64,000 bases of DNA from Vicinamibacterales bacterium (GTDB taxonomy: Bacteria > Acidobacteriota > Vicinamibacteria > Vicinamibacterales > UBA8438): assembly GCA_965199675.1 (NCBI GenBank), contig CBDATI010000028.1, forward strand, positions 19,205 to 83,204, read 5' to 3'. Made by a program: the position numbers and the translations under genes. The notes under the pieces are model-generated. The model was not told where the DNA came from and made no database searches. It saw only the letters and a list, made by a program, of their open reading frames with translations. Each line of letters opens with the position of its first letter. The stretch's first letter is position 1. Positions 1 through 9,198 of the stretch are shown one piece after another.

Positions 1-685
1 CGAACGGCTCGTTGATGCGGACGCCGTTCTGGTAGACGGCGACGCCCTGGGGCAGGCCGAGCAGCGGCGAGGCGGTGAAGCCGCGGAACCGCAGCGTCGG
101 CTGGAAGAGGTTCGTCGTCGTGCCCTCCAGGGTCACCGAGCCGAGGCGCTCGTTGAGGGCGTCGGCCATCGAGGCCGCCCCCCGCGCCGCGAGGTCTCCG
201 CCGTCGATCACGGAGACGGCCGCAGGCAGGCGCTCGCGAGGGATCCGGGATCCGGGGAGCGGGGTCACGCCCACCACGTCGACCTCCTCCGCGATCGTCG
301 CCAGGGTCAACGTCACGTCGAGCACCAGCGGGCTCTCCGCCGTCGGCCGTACCGCCTCTTGCCGCGGGGCGAACCCGGCGAGCGTGAAGGTCACCGTGTG
401 GACGCCCGGCGGGAGCGTCAGCGAGTATCGACCGGCGTCGTCGGTGGCGGCGCTGACCGGCGTGGCCGGCTCTCCCGCCGAGACGGCGACGACGGTCACT
501 CCGGGAAGAACCGCGCCCTGCGCGTCGGTGACCCGCCCGGTGAGCGCCGTCGTCTGGGCCGAGACGGCGGGCGGGCTCGCGAGACCGAGAAAGAGGACGC
601 CGGCCAGACAGCGGACGAGAGTTGTGTAGCCGCCAGGCGATGGGGTGGCGGCGGGGTCGGGCTGAAGAACGGCAGCTTGCTGCAT
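1..685 (-). CDS. TonB-dependent receptor, N-terminal portion (gene continues past the window start)
   Basis: Absent from the ORF track because it runs off the left edge. Minus-strand frame from ATG (cat 683-685) reads MQQAAVLQPDPAATPSPGGYTTLVRCLAGVLFLGLASPPAVSAQTTALTGRVTDAQGAVLPGVTVVAVSAGEPATPVSAATDDAGRYSLTLPPGVHTVTFTLAGFAPRQ...VSVIDGGDLAARGAASMADALNERLGSVTLEGTTTNLFQPTLRFRGFTASPLLGLPQGVAVYQNGVRINEPF. That is a signal peptide, a carboxypeptidase-regulatory-like module and a TonB plug. It parallels the N-terminus of the complete receptor at 34667-37948. Confidence 0.85.
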   Translation of the reverse strand, partial: MQQAAVLQPDPAATPSPGGYTTLVRCLAGVLFLGLASPPAVSAQTTALTGRVTDAQGAVLPGVTVVAVSAGEPATPVSAATDDAGRYSLTLPPGVHTVTFTLAGFAPRQEAVRPTAESPLVLDVTLTLATIAEEVDVVGVTPLPGSRIPRERLPAAVSVIDGGDLAARGAASMADALNERLGSVTLEGTTTNLFQPTLRFRGFTASPLLGLPQGVAVYQNGVRINEPF

Positions 686-930
686 ACTGGTACATTCCCC
701 GCGGTCGCGATCCGTTCAGGGAACGGCGCGGCTCTCCGGTGGGCGGCTCGCAGCGCCTCGCCGCGGCTCGAAGACCGGGGGAGAAGACCGGGGGAATCGC
801 GCTCGCGCGCGGCGCGCCGCCGGCCGACAGTTTCCTCGACTCGTGAACCCGACGCGGAGGGGATGAGTGCCCGACTCTCGGTTGAACCCGAGGAGCATGG
901 CGCGGAGCGTATAGACTGTCCCGAGACGGA

Positions 931-1512
931 ATGGCGCCTTCCATCCACGATCCGGCCCTCGAGGTGGCGATCGGACTCGACGAGGCCGCCGTCCCGGTTG
1001 CCGCGACCGAGGCCAACGAGGCGGTGCTGCAGCTCTTCGACGTGCACCGCGACGGCGTGCACCGCTACGTGCGGGCCCTCGGCATCGCCGACCGGGACGC
1101 GGAGGACCTGGTGCAGGACGTGTTCCTGGCCCTGTTGCATCACGTGGCCCGCGGCCGTCCCCGCACCAATCTCCGGGGCTGGATCTTCCGCGTGGGCCAC
1201 AACCTGGCCCTCAGGCACCTGAAGCGGGAGGCGCGTCGGCGCCGCGTCGGCGCCGATCTCGTGTCCGGTTGGACCGTGGCCGCGGCGCCCGGCCCCGAGG
1301 AGCGCTACGCGAGTCGCCAGCGGCGGGTGAGGCTGGCCGCGGCGCTGAACGCGCTGCCCGCCCGCGAGCGGCGTTGTCTCCAGCTTCGCGCGGAGGGGCT
1401 GCGGTACCGCGAGATCGGCCGCGTGCTCGGGCTGTCGCTCGGCACGGTGGCGAACACCATGGCCCAGGCGCTCGCGCGGCTGCGCCGGGTCGACCAGGAG
1501 TCTGCGCCGTAG
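931..1512 (+). CDS. ECF-type RNA polymerase sigma-70 family factor
   Basis: 193 aa. Region 2 motif DAEDLVQDVFLALLHH...RGWIFRVGHNLALRHLKRE. Region 4 HTH LPARERRCLQLRAEGLRYREIGRVLGLSLGTVANTMAQALARLRR. Divergent from the TonB receptor at 1-685 and followed by an anti-sigma gene. Confidence 0.9.
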   Translation: MAPSIHDPALEVAIGLDEAAVPVAATEANEAVLQLFDVHRDGVHRYVRALGIADRDAEDLVQDVFLALLHHVARGRPRTNLRGWIFRVGHNLALRHLKREARRRRVGADLVSGWTVAAAPGPEERYASRQRRVRLAAALNALPARERRCLQLRAEGLRYREIGRVLGLSLGTVANTMAQALARLRRVDQESAP

Positions 1513-1593
1513 CACAGGGCGGACTCCGGCAGGGTTCGGTTGGGCGCGGAGCGGAGCCGCAGGCGGCGATTGGGGCTCGCTGGAGGTGGCACC

Positions 1594-2646
1594 ATGGGGG
1601 GCACGACGAGACACGTCTCCGACGGCGATCTGCTGCTCCTGGACGAGGACGGGGCGCTGCCCGCCCGCCGGCGCTCGGCGGTGGGCCGGCACGTCGCCGC
1701 CTGCCCGCAGTGCGCGGCGCGCCGGGCCGCACTCGGCGCGGCGCTCGCCGAGGCCGTCGCGGGTTGCCGCGAGACGCCGGTCGGGGCGTCGCCGCCGCAC
1801 GTCGCTCGCGCCCGGCTCCGCGAGGCGATCGAGGCGCCGCCGGCGCGCTGGTCGTTCGCGGGACGGCCGTCGGCGGGCTGGCCGCTCGGTGGCTGGTCGC
1901 TTGCGGGGTGGTCGCTCCCCGCCTGGCCCTTGCGGCTGGCCGTCGCGGCCGTCGCCGTCGTGGCCGTCGTGGCCGTCGCGGCGCTGTCGTGGCCGACCGT
2001 CGAGGGGCCGGTCGCGCCCGGTGGGCCGGCCGCGGGGGCGGCGAGGCCGGCCGGCGAGGCGGCCCCGGCGTCGGCCGGCCACGAGCGTCCGAGGCAGGAC
2101 CTCACCCCCGGCAGCGTCCTCCCGGTCGGCGTCGACGAGATTTGCAGCGGCGGCGTCAACGGCGTTCCCGCCGTCGCGGCTCCGGTGCCGCGCCAGGTGT
2201 TCGAGGCGTACGGCGTCGACTACCGGCGGGCGGCCGAATACGAGCTCGACTTCCTCATCACCCCCGAGCTGGGGGGCGCGCCGGATCCCCGGAACCTGTG
2301 GCCCCAGCCGTATCGGGCCGAGGTCTGGAACGCCTACGTGAAGGACGAGCTCGAGCGCGAGCTCCAGAATCTCGTGTGCCGGGGCACCCTGGATCTCGCC
2401 ACCGCCCAGCAGGAACTCGCCAACGACTGGATCGCCGCCTACAAGCGCCGGTTCAACACGGACCGCCCCCTGCGCGACTACGGGCGCTTCCCGCTCACGC
2501 CGGCCGACGCCGAGGCGACCCGATCCGAGCTCGCCGAGCGGCGTCTCCTGCCTGCGGGCGAGCCGATGGTGTTCGCGGCGACGCGCCCGGCGGCGCCGGA
2601 TTCCCACGTCGACGCTCGCCGCGGGTCGCTGGTGGGCGGCGGCTGA
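1594..2646 (+). CDS. Single-pass anti-sigma factor (zf-HC2) with HNH-like, probably inactive, extracytoplasmic domain
   Basis: The track ORF starts at 1540. I prefer ATG 1594 (GGAGGTG 5 nt upstream). HVAACPQC matches the HxxxCxxC anti-sigma zinc motif. One TM helix (WPLRLAVAAVAVVAVVAVAAL). The C-terminal ~120 aa reads RQVFEAYGVDYRRAAEYELDFLITPELGGAPDPRNLWPQPY...KDELERELQNLVCRGTLDLATAQQELANDWIAAY. Confidence 0.7.
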   Translation: MGGTTRHVSDGDLLLLDEDGALPARRRSAVGRHVAACPQCAARRAALGAALAEAVAGCRETPVGASPPHVARARLREAIEAPPARWSFAGRPSAGWPLGGWSLAGWSLPAWPLRLAVAAVAVVAVVAVAALSWPTVEGPVAPGGPAAGAARPAGEAAPASAGHERPRQDLTPGSVLPVGVDEICSGGVNGVPAVAAPVPRQVFEAYGVDYRRAAEYELDFLITPELGGAPDPRNLWPQPYRAEVWNAYVKDELERELQNLVCRGTLDLATAQQELANDWIAAYKRRFNTDRPLRDYGRFPLTPADAEATRSELAERRLLPAGEPMVFAATRPAAPDSHVDARRGSLVGGG

Positions 2647-2770
2647 CCGGCGCGTCGGAGTGCGGTCCGGCCTTCGCGGTGACAAAGACCGTCTGAGACC
2701 GTCTCGACATGTCGTGGTCCGCCGCCAGGGTACGTGTGGGCATGCCTTGCCCCGACATCCGCCGCATGAT

Positions 2771-4141
2771 TCACCCGCGATTCTCGAGAAGCCGCCGCGC
2801 GGCGTCCAGCGCCTCCTCCGGCGAGGTGACCTCTCCGTCGAGCTGCCGCTCGTAGACGGCTTTCAGCATCCGGCCGATCTCCGGGCCCGGCGACAGGCCG
2901 AGTTGCAGCAGGTGGCGCCCGAGGAGGAGGGGGGCGGGCGCCTCGTGCTCGACCCCGAGCGCGCGGGCGCGGTCGAGGAACCAGTCCAGCGTCGCGGCGC
3001 AGTCGAAGTCGCCGGTGCGACCCCGGCAGTCGGCCGCCGACAGGCGGGCCAACATCTCCAGGTCGACCTTTCTGGCGAGACGGCGGAAGGCGCCGTCGCC
3101 CACGGGGTGGGCGCCGCGATGCCACATGCCCGGTTTCAGGTGGTGGGCGACGAGGCCGAACACCTGTTGGCGGACGTCGTAGCCGGCGAGGGTGTGGACG
3201 TCGAGGCGGTCGAGGAGGGCGCGGGTGGGCGGCAAACCGGCCTCTTCGTGGCCGCGCGAGCGGATGCGCCCGTCGACGAACTCGGTGGTGGCGGGCTTGC
3301 CGAGGTCGTGGCAGACGGCGGCGAGCATGAGGGTGACCTGCTGGGGGTGATCGAGGTCGTCGATGCAGGCGCGGGCCTCGTCGACGACCATCAGGGTGTG
3401 CACCCAGACGTCTCCCTCGGGGTGCCACTCGGGCTCCTGCTCGCAGCCGACCAGGGCCTGAAGCTCGGGGAAGAGACGCTCGATGACTCCCAGGTCGCGG
3501 GCCAGCTCGAAGCCGAGGGATGGGCGCCGGGCCTGCAGCAGCAGTTTCTCCAGCTCGCCCCGAACGCGTTCGGCGGGGAGGTCGTCGAGGGCGGTGCCGC
3601 GGCAGATGCGCGCAGTGGCGTCGTCGGGGGTGAGCTCGAAGCGGGCCGCGAGCTGCATGCCGCGCAGGACCCGCAGGCTGTCGTCGCCGAAGGTGACGGG
3701 GTCCACGACGCGCAGCCGGTGGCGCTCGAGGTCGTCGCGGCCCCCGAAGGGGTCGATGTACTCGTCGCGCCGGGGGTCCCAGGCGATGGCGTTGACGGTG
3801 AAGTCGCGGCGCCGCGCCGCCTCGTCCACCGGCATCCACGGGTCGCCGGTGACGACGAAGCCGCGGTGGCCGCGGCCCTGCTTCGACTCGGTGCGGGGCA
3901 GGGAGACGTCGACCCCCCCCACCTTGTAGACGGTGAAGCTCTGTCCGACGGTGTTGACGGGGCCGATCTCGCCGAGCAGCGCGTGGAGCCGGTCGGCCTC
4001 GATGCCGTAGACCTCGATATCGATGTCCTTCGACGCCCGGCCGAGCAGGCGGTCGCGCACCCAGCCGCCGACGTAGAGGGCGCGGCCGCCGGCCCGCTGC
4101 ACCCGCTCGGCGACGGCCTCCGCGAGTTGCGCGTCGTTCAT
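2771..4141 (-). CDS. cca: CCA-adding tRNA nucleotidyltransferase (PolyA_pol head + HD domain)
   Basis: The 1110-aa track ORF is an artefactual N-terminal extension. The real product starts MNDAQLAEAVAERVQRAGGRALYVGGWVRDRLLGRASKDIDIEVYG (GGxVRD, DxD), contains RRDFTVNAIA and an HD region (LAAVCHDLGKP). ATG at 4139-4141 overlaps the stop of the upstream peptidase gene (ATGA). Confidence 0.85.
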   Translation of the reverse strand: MNDAQLAEAVAERVQRAGGRALYVGGWVRDRLLGRASKDIDIEVYGIEADRLHALLGEIGPVNTVGQSFTVYKVGGVDVSLPRTESKQGRGHRGFVVTGDPWMPVDEAARRRDFTVNAIAWDPRRDEYIDPFGGRDDLERHRLRVVDPVTFGDDSLRVLRGMQLAARFELTPDDATARICRGTALDDLPAERVRGELEKLLLQARRPSLGFELARDLGVIERLFPELQALVGCEQEPEWHPEGDVWVHTLMVVDEARACIDDLDHPQQVTLMLAAVCHDLGKPATTEFVDGRIRSRGHEEAGLPPTRALLDRLDVHTLAGYDVRQQVFGLVAHHLKPGMWHRGAHPVGDGAFRRLARKVDLEMLARLSAADCRGRTGDFDCAATLDWFLDRARALGVEHEAPAPLLLGRHLLQLGLSPGPEIGRMLKAVYERQLDGEVTSPEEALDAARRLLENRG

Positions 4142-6138
4142 GGCGCGAGGTTCTCGATCTCGACCGGCTCGATCGGGCCGGCCGGGCTGAAGCCGAAGAT
4201 GCGGCCGTAGAAGTACAGCTCCGCCTCGGCGGCGCGCCTGATGTTCGCGGCCTGCCGAAACCCGTGCTGCTCGCCCTCGAACATCAGGCAGGCGACGGGC
4301 AGCCCCTTCCTGCGCAGGGCGTCGGCCATGCGCTCGGTCTGGTCGGGAGGCACGACGGCGTCCTCGAGGCCCTGCAGGAAGATCACCGGGCAGGCGAGGC
4401 GGTCGACGGCGTGGATGGGCGAGCGTTCCTCGTACAGATCGGCGCGTTCGGGCCAGGGGCCGATCAGGGCGTCGAGATAGCGCGACTCGAACTTGTGCGT
4501 GTCGCGGGCGAGGGCGGCTGCATCGGAGACGCCGTAGTACGAGGCGCCCGCCGTGAACACGTTGCCGAACGCGAGCGCGCACAGCGTGGTGTAGCCGCCG
4601 GCCGAGCCGCCGCGGATCGCGAGCCGGGCGGGGTCGACGTCGCCCCGCGTGACGAGGTGCCGCGCCGCCGCCTCGCAGTCCTCGCGGTCGACGATGCCCC
4701 AGCCGCCGCGCAGGAGGCGGCGATAGGCGGCGCCGTAGCCGGTCGAGCCGCCGTAGTCCACGTCGACGACCGCGAACCCGCGCGTCGTCCAGTACTGGAC
4801 GGCCAGCTTGAAACCGGGGTCGGTGCTGCCGGTGGGTCCTCCGTGGATGAACGTGAGCAGCGGCGGCCGTTCGCCCTCGGGGGCGCGGAACGCGGGATTG
4901 CGCGGCGGATAGTAGTAGGCGTGAGCGGTTCGGTTCTCCGCGCTCGGGTACGCGATGGGCTCGGCGCGCGACACGTACGACGGATCGAGCTGCTGCTCCG
5001 AGCCCCGGCGCAGCGTCTCGACCTCGCCGGTGTCGGGGTCGATGGCGACGAGGGCCGAACCGGCCTCGGCGCTCGCGGCCGCGCAGACCAGCCGGCCCCG
5101 CGACGCGGCGGCGAAGAAGCCGAACGTCGTGAAGGGCGTGGCGATCTCGCGCAGCCGCCGCGCCGCCACGTCGATGACCCCGAGCCGGGTCCCGTCTGCG
5201 TTTCCGTAGTGCGCGACGATGCGGTCCGCGTCGAGCACCGCGTAGCGGCGCATGCCGAACAGCCACGGGGGCAGGCCGAACTCGGCCTCCATCGGCAGTA
5301 CCGACGCGAGCCGCTCCCCCTCCCAGCGGTAGAGGTTCCACCAGCCCGAGACGTCCGATACGCAGTACAGGGCGCCGTCGGGACCCCACGCCGGTTGGAG
5401 CACCGAAATCCCGCCGGCGGCGGCCCCGGCGCCGCTGGCGCTCCCGCTCCCGCTCGTCGGGGAAGGCACGCCCCCCGCGATCCGGCGCGGCGATGTCAGG
5501 GCGCCGTCTGCCCCCACGTCCGCGACCCACAGCTCCGTCGCGTCCCACGGCATGTCCGGATGGTTCCAGCACACCCACGCGAGTCGTTTTCCGTCGGGGC
5601 TGAGGCGCGGCGAGGCGTAGAAGTCGAAGCCCCGATGCACCGTCGCCGACTCGCGCCCGCGGGTGGAGACCGACACGAGGAGGTTCTCGGCCTCCCGACC
5701 CGCGCGGCGATGGTCCTCGGCGACGCAGATCAATCGGCCCCGGGCGTGGTCCACCGTCGCGTCGGCGTAGCGGACGCCGGTCTCCGGCGTGATCGCGGCC
5801 GGCGCCTCGGAGCCGTCGACCGGCCGGCGGTACAGCCGCTGGTCGGAGAAGTTCGAGTAGTACGCGATGCCGCTCGAGACCGCCAGCGCCCCGCCCCCAT
5901 ACTCGTGAACCCGGGTCCGGGCGTTGTCGGTGGGCGTGGTCACCTCCGATGTCTCGCCGTTCGCGGTCAGCCGCATCACCGCGCAGCGCCCCGCTTCGTC
6001 CGGACGCGACTCGATCCAGTACACGTCGCCCCCGTCGACGGCGATTGCCTCGAACCGCAACGCCCCCTTGGTCAGCATCTCGGTGGTGACAGGAGACTCC
6101 CACGCGCCGTACGGCGCGACGGTTGGTTCAGTGTTCAC
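4138..6138 (-). CDS. S9 family serine peptidase (prolyl oligopeptidase / acylaminoacyl-peptidase-like)
   Basis: 666 aa. N-terminal beta-propeller-like region, then a C-terminal alpha/beta hydrolase with nucleophile elbow IRGGSAGGYTT (GxSxGG) and downstream ...QGLEDAVVP...EGEQHGF (Asp/His). Confidence 0.9.
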   Translation of the reverse strand: MNTEPTVAPYGAWESPVTTEMLTKGALRFEAIAVDGGDVYWIESRPDEAGRCAVMRLTANGETSEVTTPTDNARTRVHEYGGGALAVSSGIAYYSNFSDQRLYRRPVDGSEAPAAITPETGVRYADATVDHARGRLICVAEDHRRAGREAENLLVSVSTRGRESATVHRGFDFYASPRLSPDGKRLAWVCWNHPDMPWDATELWVADVGADGALTSPRRIAGGVPSPTSGSGSASGAGAAAGGISVLQPAWGPDGALYCVSDVSGWWNLYRWEGERLASVLPMEAEFGLPPWLFGMRRYAVLDADRIVAHYGNADGTRLGVIDVAARRLREIATPFTTFGFFAAASRGRLVCAAASAEAGSALVAIDPDTGEVETLRRGSEQQLDPSYVSRAEPIAYPSAENRTAHAYYYPPRNPAFRAPEGERPPLLTFIHGGPTGSTDPGFKLAVQYWTTRGFAVVDVDYGGSTGYGAAYRRLLRGGWGIVDREDCEAAARHLVTRGDVDPARLAIRGGSAGGYTTLCALAFGNVFTAGASYYGVSDAAALARDTHKFESRYLDALIGPWPERADLYEERSPIHAVDRLACPVIFLQGLEDAVVPPDQTERMADALRRKGLPVACLMFEGEQHGFRQAANIRRAAEAELYFYGRIFGFSPAGPIEPVEIENLAP

Positions 6139-6216
6139 GGGTCTCTCCCGACGTCGCGGATCGCGGCGTGCCCGGCCGGCTCGTTCCCCAGCCGAACCCG
6201 CCGGGGTAGCGCGTTT

Positions 6217-6897
6217 TCAGAGCGACTGTGCGAGCCGGAACCCATAATCGGTGTAGCGCAGCGACGGGTCGAGGCTGCTGCGGGCGGCGGTCCGGTTCAG
6301 GGTCAGCGCGTGACGCCATGCGCCGCCCCGGGACGCTCGTCGCCGGCCCTCCCCGGGGCCCACCGGGTTGACGGCGGGCGCACGCGCGTAGAAGTCGCGA
6401 TCGTGCCAGTTCGAGCACCACTCGTGGATGTTGGCGGCGATGCCGTAGAGCCCGAATCCATTGGGCGTGCCCAGGGTGACCGGCCAAGGGCCGTCGAGGG
6501 GGCCGCGGCCGCGGTTGGGCACCCAGTCGGGAATCTCGTCGCCCCAGGGATACCGCTGGCCTTCGGGGCCGCCGCGGGCCGCCCGTTCCCATTCAGCTTC
6601 GGTCGGCAGCCGCACCCCGGCGCCGCCACGCGAGCGCCAGGCGCAGTACGCTCGCGCGTCGTGCCAGTTCACGCCGACCACGGGCAGATCGTCGGCTCGA
6701 AAGGCGGGATTGTCCCACTCTCGCGGCGGCTCGTGGCCGGCCGCGTCGAGGAACCCCGAGTACGCGGCTCGCGTCACGGGATGGACGGCCATCCTGAACC
6801 CGTCCACCCACACGCGGTGGACGGGGCGCTCCGAGGGCTGGCCCTCGTCGCTCCCCATCAGGAACCAGCCCGGCGGGATGGTGACGAACTCGGACAT
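6217..6897 (-). CDS. Formylglycine-generating enzyme family protein (FGE-sulfatase / SUMF1-like domain)
   Basis: 226 aa. FVTIPPGWFLMGSD...ERPVHRVWVDGFRMAVHPVT...VVGVNWHDARAYCAW...RLPTEAEWERAARGG...NIHEWCSNW...RGGAW is the typical FGE-sulfatase signature. Confidence 0.85.
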   Translation of the reverse strand: MSEFVTIPPGWFLMGSDEGQPSERPVHRVWVDGFRMAVHPVTRAAYSGFLDAAGHEPPREWDNPAFRADDLPVVGVNWHDARAYCAWRSRGGAGVRLPTEAEWERAARGGPEGQRYPWGDEIPDWVPNRGRGPLDGPWPVTLGTPNGFGLYGIAANIHEWCSNWHDRDFYARAPAVNPVGPGEGRRRASRGGAWRHALTLNRTAARSSLDPSLRYTDYGFRLAQSL

Positions 6898-6931
6898 GGA
6901 GGCGGCCGGCGGCCGGCGGGTGCGTCGCGCC

Positions 6932-8092
6932 CTACATCAGCGGGACGACGACGTCGAGCATCTCGCCGTCGCGGGAGACGGTCACCACGACCTCGTCACC
7001 CGGTCGGTACCGGTCGAGCACGAGGCGCAGCTCGCGGGCCGACGGCACCGGCTCGCCGTCGATGCGGACGATGATGTCGCCGAGCTGGTTGGCGTTCGGC
7101 TCGGTGCCGCGCAGCCCGGCCCGGGCTGCGCCCGAGCCCGGGTTGACCTCGGCGACGACGATGCCGTTCACCCCCAGCCGCGCCGTGACGAACCGATTCA
7201 ACTGCGGGTCCCACGAGATGCCGAGTCGGGCCGGGGTGTACTCGCCGCGGGCGATCAACTGCGGTACGACCCGCATGACGGTGTTGACGGGGATGGCGAA
7301 ACCGATGCCGGCCGAGGTGCCGGACGGGCTCGCGATCTGACTGTTGATGCCGATCACCCGTCCGCGACTGTCGAGCAGGGGACCGCCGGAGTTGCCCCGG
7401 TTGATGGCCGCGTCGACCTGGATGACGTTCTCGATGATGTCGCCGGTCAGACCCTCGATCTGACGGCTCAGGGCCGAGATGATCCCGGTGGTCAGGGTCG
7501 CGCTGTAGCCGAACGGGTTTCCGATGGCGTACGCGCTCTGCCCGACGCGGACCCGGTCGCTGTCGCCCGGCTGGACCGGACGCAGCGCGTCGGCCGGGGC
7601 GTCGATGCGCAGCACCGCCAGGTCGTGCCGGGCCGAGCCTCCGACGACCTGGGCCACGTAGCTGGTCTGGTCGTGCATGACCACCCGGATCACCGACGGC
7701 CTGCCCTGCCGCCTGTCCTGCACGACGTGGAAGTTGGTGACGATGTGCCCGTCGCGGTCCCAGACGAAGCCGGTTCCCGTGCCCAGGGGCATCTCGGCGA
7801 CGCGGCCGAAGAAGTCCTGACGGCGCGTGATGGCGGTGATGTACACGACCGACGGGCTGGTGTTCTCGAAGAGATCGACGATGGCCCGCTCGTCCGGCCG
7901 GAGGTCGGTGTAGGGCTCGGGGGCCGGACCGCGCTGCGCCACGAGCACCGGCCGGGCTTCGCCGGGCTCGGTGGCCGCGTTGGCGGGGACCAGCTCGAAC
8001 GTGCAGCCGCCCGCCGCGGCTGCGAGCAGGGCGGTCGCCGCGAGGCTTCGGGTCGCCAGGTGGAGACGGCGCCGATTGAACCTGTGTGACAT
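6932..8092 (-). CDS. HtrA/DegP-like S1C serine protease with C-terminal PDZ domain
   Basis: Start moved to ATG 8092 (MSHRFNRRRLHLATRSLAATALLAAAAGGC; signal peptide, possible lipobox). Catalytic triad context: HIVTNFHVV (His), HDLAVLRI (Asp), GNSGGPLL (Ser). PDZ-like tail GIVVAEVNPGSGAARAGLR...GDIIVRIDGEPV. Confidence 0.85.
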   Translation of the reverse strand: MSHRFNRRRLHLATRSLAATALLAAAAGGCTFELVPANAATEPGEARPVLVAQRGPAPEPYTDLRPDERAIVDLFENTSPSVVYITAITRRQDFFGRVAEMPLGTGTGFVWDRDGHIVTNFHVVQDRRQGRPSVIRVVMHDQTSYVAQVVGGSARHDLAVLRIDAPADALRPVQPGDSDRVRVGQSAYAIGNPFGYSATLTTGIISALSRQIEGLTGDIIENVIQVDAAINRGNSGGPLLDSRGRVIGINSQIASPSGTSAGIGFAIPVNTVMRVVPQLIARGEYTPARLGISWDPQLNRFVTARLGVNGIVVAEVNPGSGAARAGLRGTEPNANQLGDIIVRIDGEPVPSARELRLVLDRYRPGDEVVVTVSRDGEMLDVVVPLM

Positions 8093-8332
8093 GACGACGT
8101 CCTGCGAATCCGGAATCCGTTGCCGGACCCGGCCCTCGCTCTCGTCGTACCCTGGGAGGTGGTCGGGCCGAGCCGAGCGCCGGAGGTGGCCGGGCCAAGT
8201 CCTGGCCCACCAATCGTCGCCTTCGGTTCGCCTGGCGCCCAACCAGCGTGGGCCCGGAGTCGGCGCCGTTCTGCGGCGCAGACCGTCGCCGCCGGCTTCG
8301 ATCCGCGCGGCCCGCCGGGAGTCGGCGCCTCC

Positions 8333-8689
8333 CTACGCGGACTTCTGGGCGATCGTCGGCTCGACGTGCCGGTCGAGCAGTTCGGCCAACCGGTCCTTGC
8401 TGGTCACCCCGACTGTCTCTTCCACCACCTCGCCGCCCTTGAACAGCAGCAGGGCGGGAATCGAGCGGACGTTGTAGTTCATGGGGGTCTTCTGGTTGTG
8501 GTCGATGTTCAGCTTGCCCACGACGACGCGGCCGTTGTACTCGTCGGCGAGCGCGTCGACGGTAGGGGCGATCATGCGGCACGGGCCGCACCACTCCGCC
8601 CAGAAGTCCACCAGCACCGGTTTGTCCGACTGCAGCACCGCCTGCTGGAAATCACCGTCGGTGAGGGTCTTCGTGTGTTCCGAGGCCAT
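8333..8689 (-). CDS. trxA: Thioredoxin
   Basis: 118 aa from ATG 8689: MASEHTKTLTDGDFQQAVLQSDKPVLVDFWAEWCGPCRMIAP... with the canonical WCGPC active site. The longer track ORF (to 9010) is an upstream extension with no support. Confidence 0.92.
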   Translation of the reverse strand: MASEHTKTLTDGDFQQAVLQSDKPVLVDFWAEWCGPCRMIAPTVDALADEYNGRVVVGKLNIDHNQKTPMNYNVRSIPALLLFKGGEVVEETVGVTSKDRLAELLDRHVEPTIAQKSA

Positions 8690-8937
8690 CGTTGATGTCT
8701 TCCTTCGTTTTTCTCCGGCTGGTGGACGGTCCATCTTGGCCGGCCGGATCGGGTCCGGGATACGACCTCCCAGTATACTCCGTTGGATGTTGTCGCGTGC
8801 CCCCGCGTCCCGCGCTCTCTGCGGGAGCCGGGAGCGCCTGGGTTGCGCCTCGGGGTGCAGCCCACAGCGCCCGCGCGGTCGGAGCCGGCGACTCCTCCGA
8901 GACGTGGGAAACCGCCCCGGGCGACTCGCTCGCGGAC

Positions 8938-9198
8938 TCAGCCGTTCTGCCCCGACTCTTCCGCGGATTCGTCGGCTTCCTCGAAGCTGGCGAGCCCTTC
9001 CACCTGCCACTCGGCCAGGGGCTGGGGGCCTGCGACGATGCCCTCGAGATCCGGATCGCCGTCGGTGCTGGGTTGCGTCGCCGCCTGCGCGCGGCGTTCC
9101 TTCGCTTCCTGCCGACGCGCGTCCTTCAGCTTGCGCTGTTCCTGTCGTGCGCGTTCACGTTGCCGCTTCTGCTGTGTCGGTCGTCCACGAGTTGCCAA
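8938..9198 (-). CDS. Small highly charged hypothetical protein (86 aa, basic N-half, acidic C-half)
   Basis: TTG start at 9198 preceded by a near-perfect SD (AAGGAGGTGA, 3-nt spacer). Sequence (M)ATRGRPTQQKRQRERARQEQRKLKDARRQEAKERRAQAA...EWQVEGLASFEEADESAEESGQNG. I recognise no family. Confidence 0.45.
   Translation of the reverse strand: MATRGRPTQQKRQRERARQEQRKLKDARRQEAKERRAQAATQPSTDGDPDLEGIVAGPQPLAEWQVEGLASFEEADESAEESGQNG

Noticed and set aside
690-930. ECF-type promoter (GAAC...CGT) upstream of the sigma factor gene
   Set aside because: TTGAACC ... GCGTATA is present, but the spacing (about 19-20 nt) is longer than the 16-17 nt typical for ECF promoters. Left uncalled.
496-2685. 729-aa minus-strand ORF spanning the ECF sigma/anti-sigma region
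   Set aside because: The translation is Arg/Pro/Gly/Ala-rich with no motifs. It is antisense to two genes with clear family signatures. This is a typical high-GC open-frame artefact.
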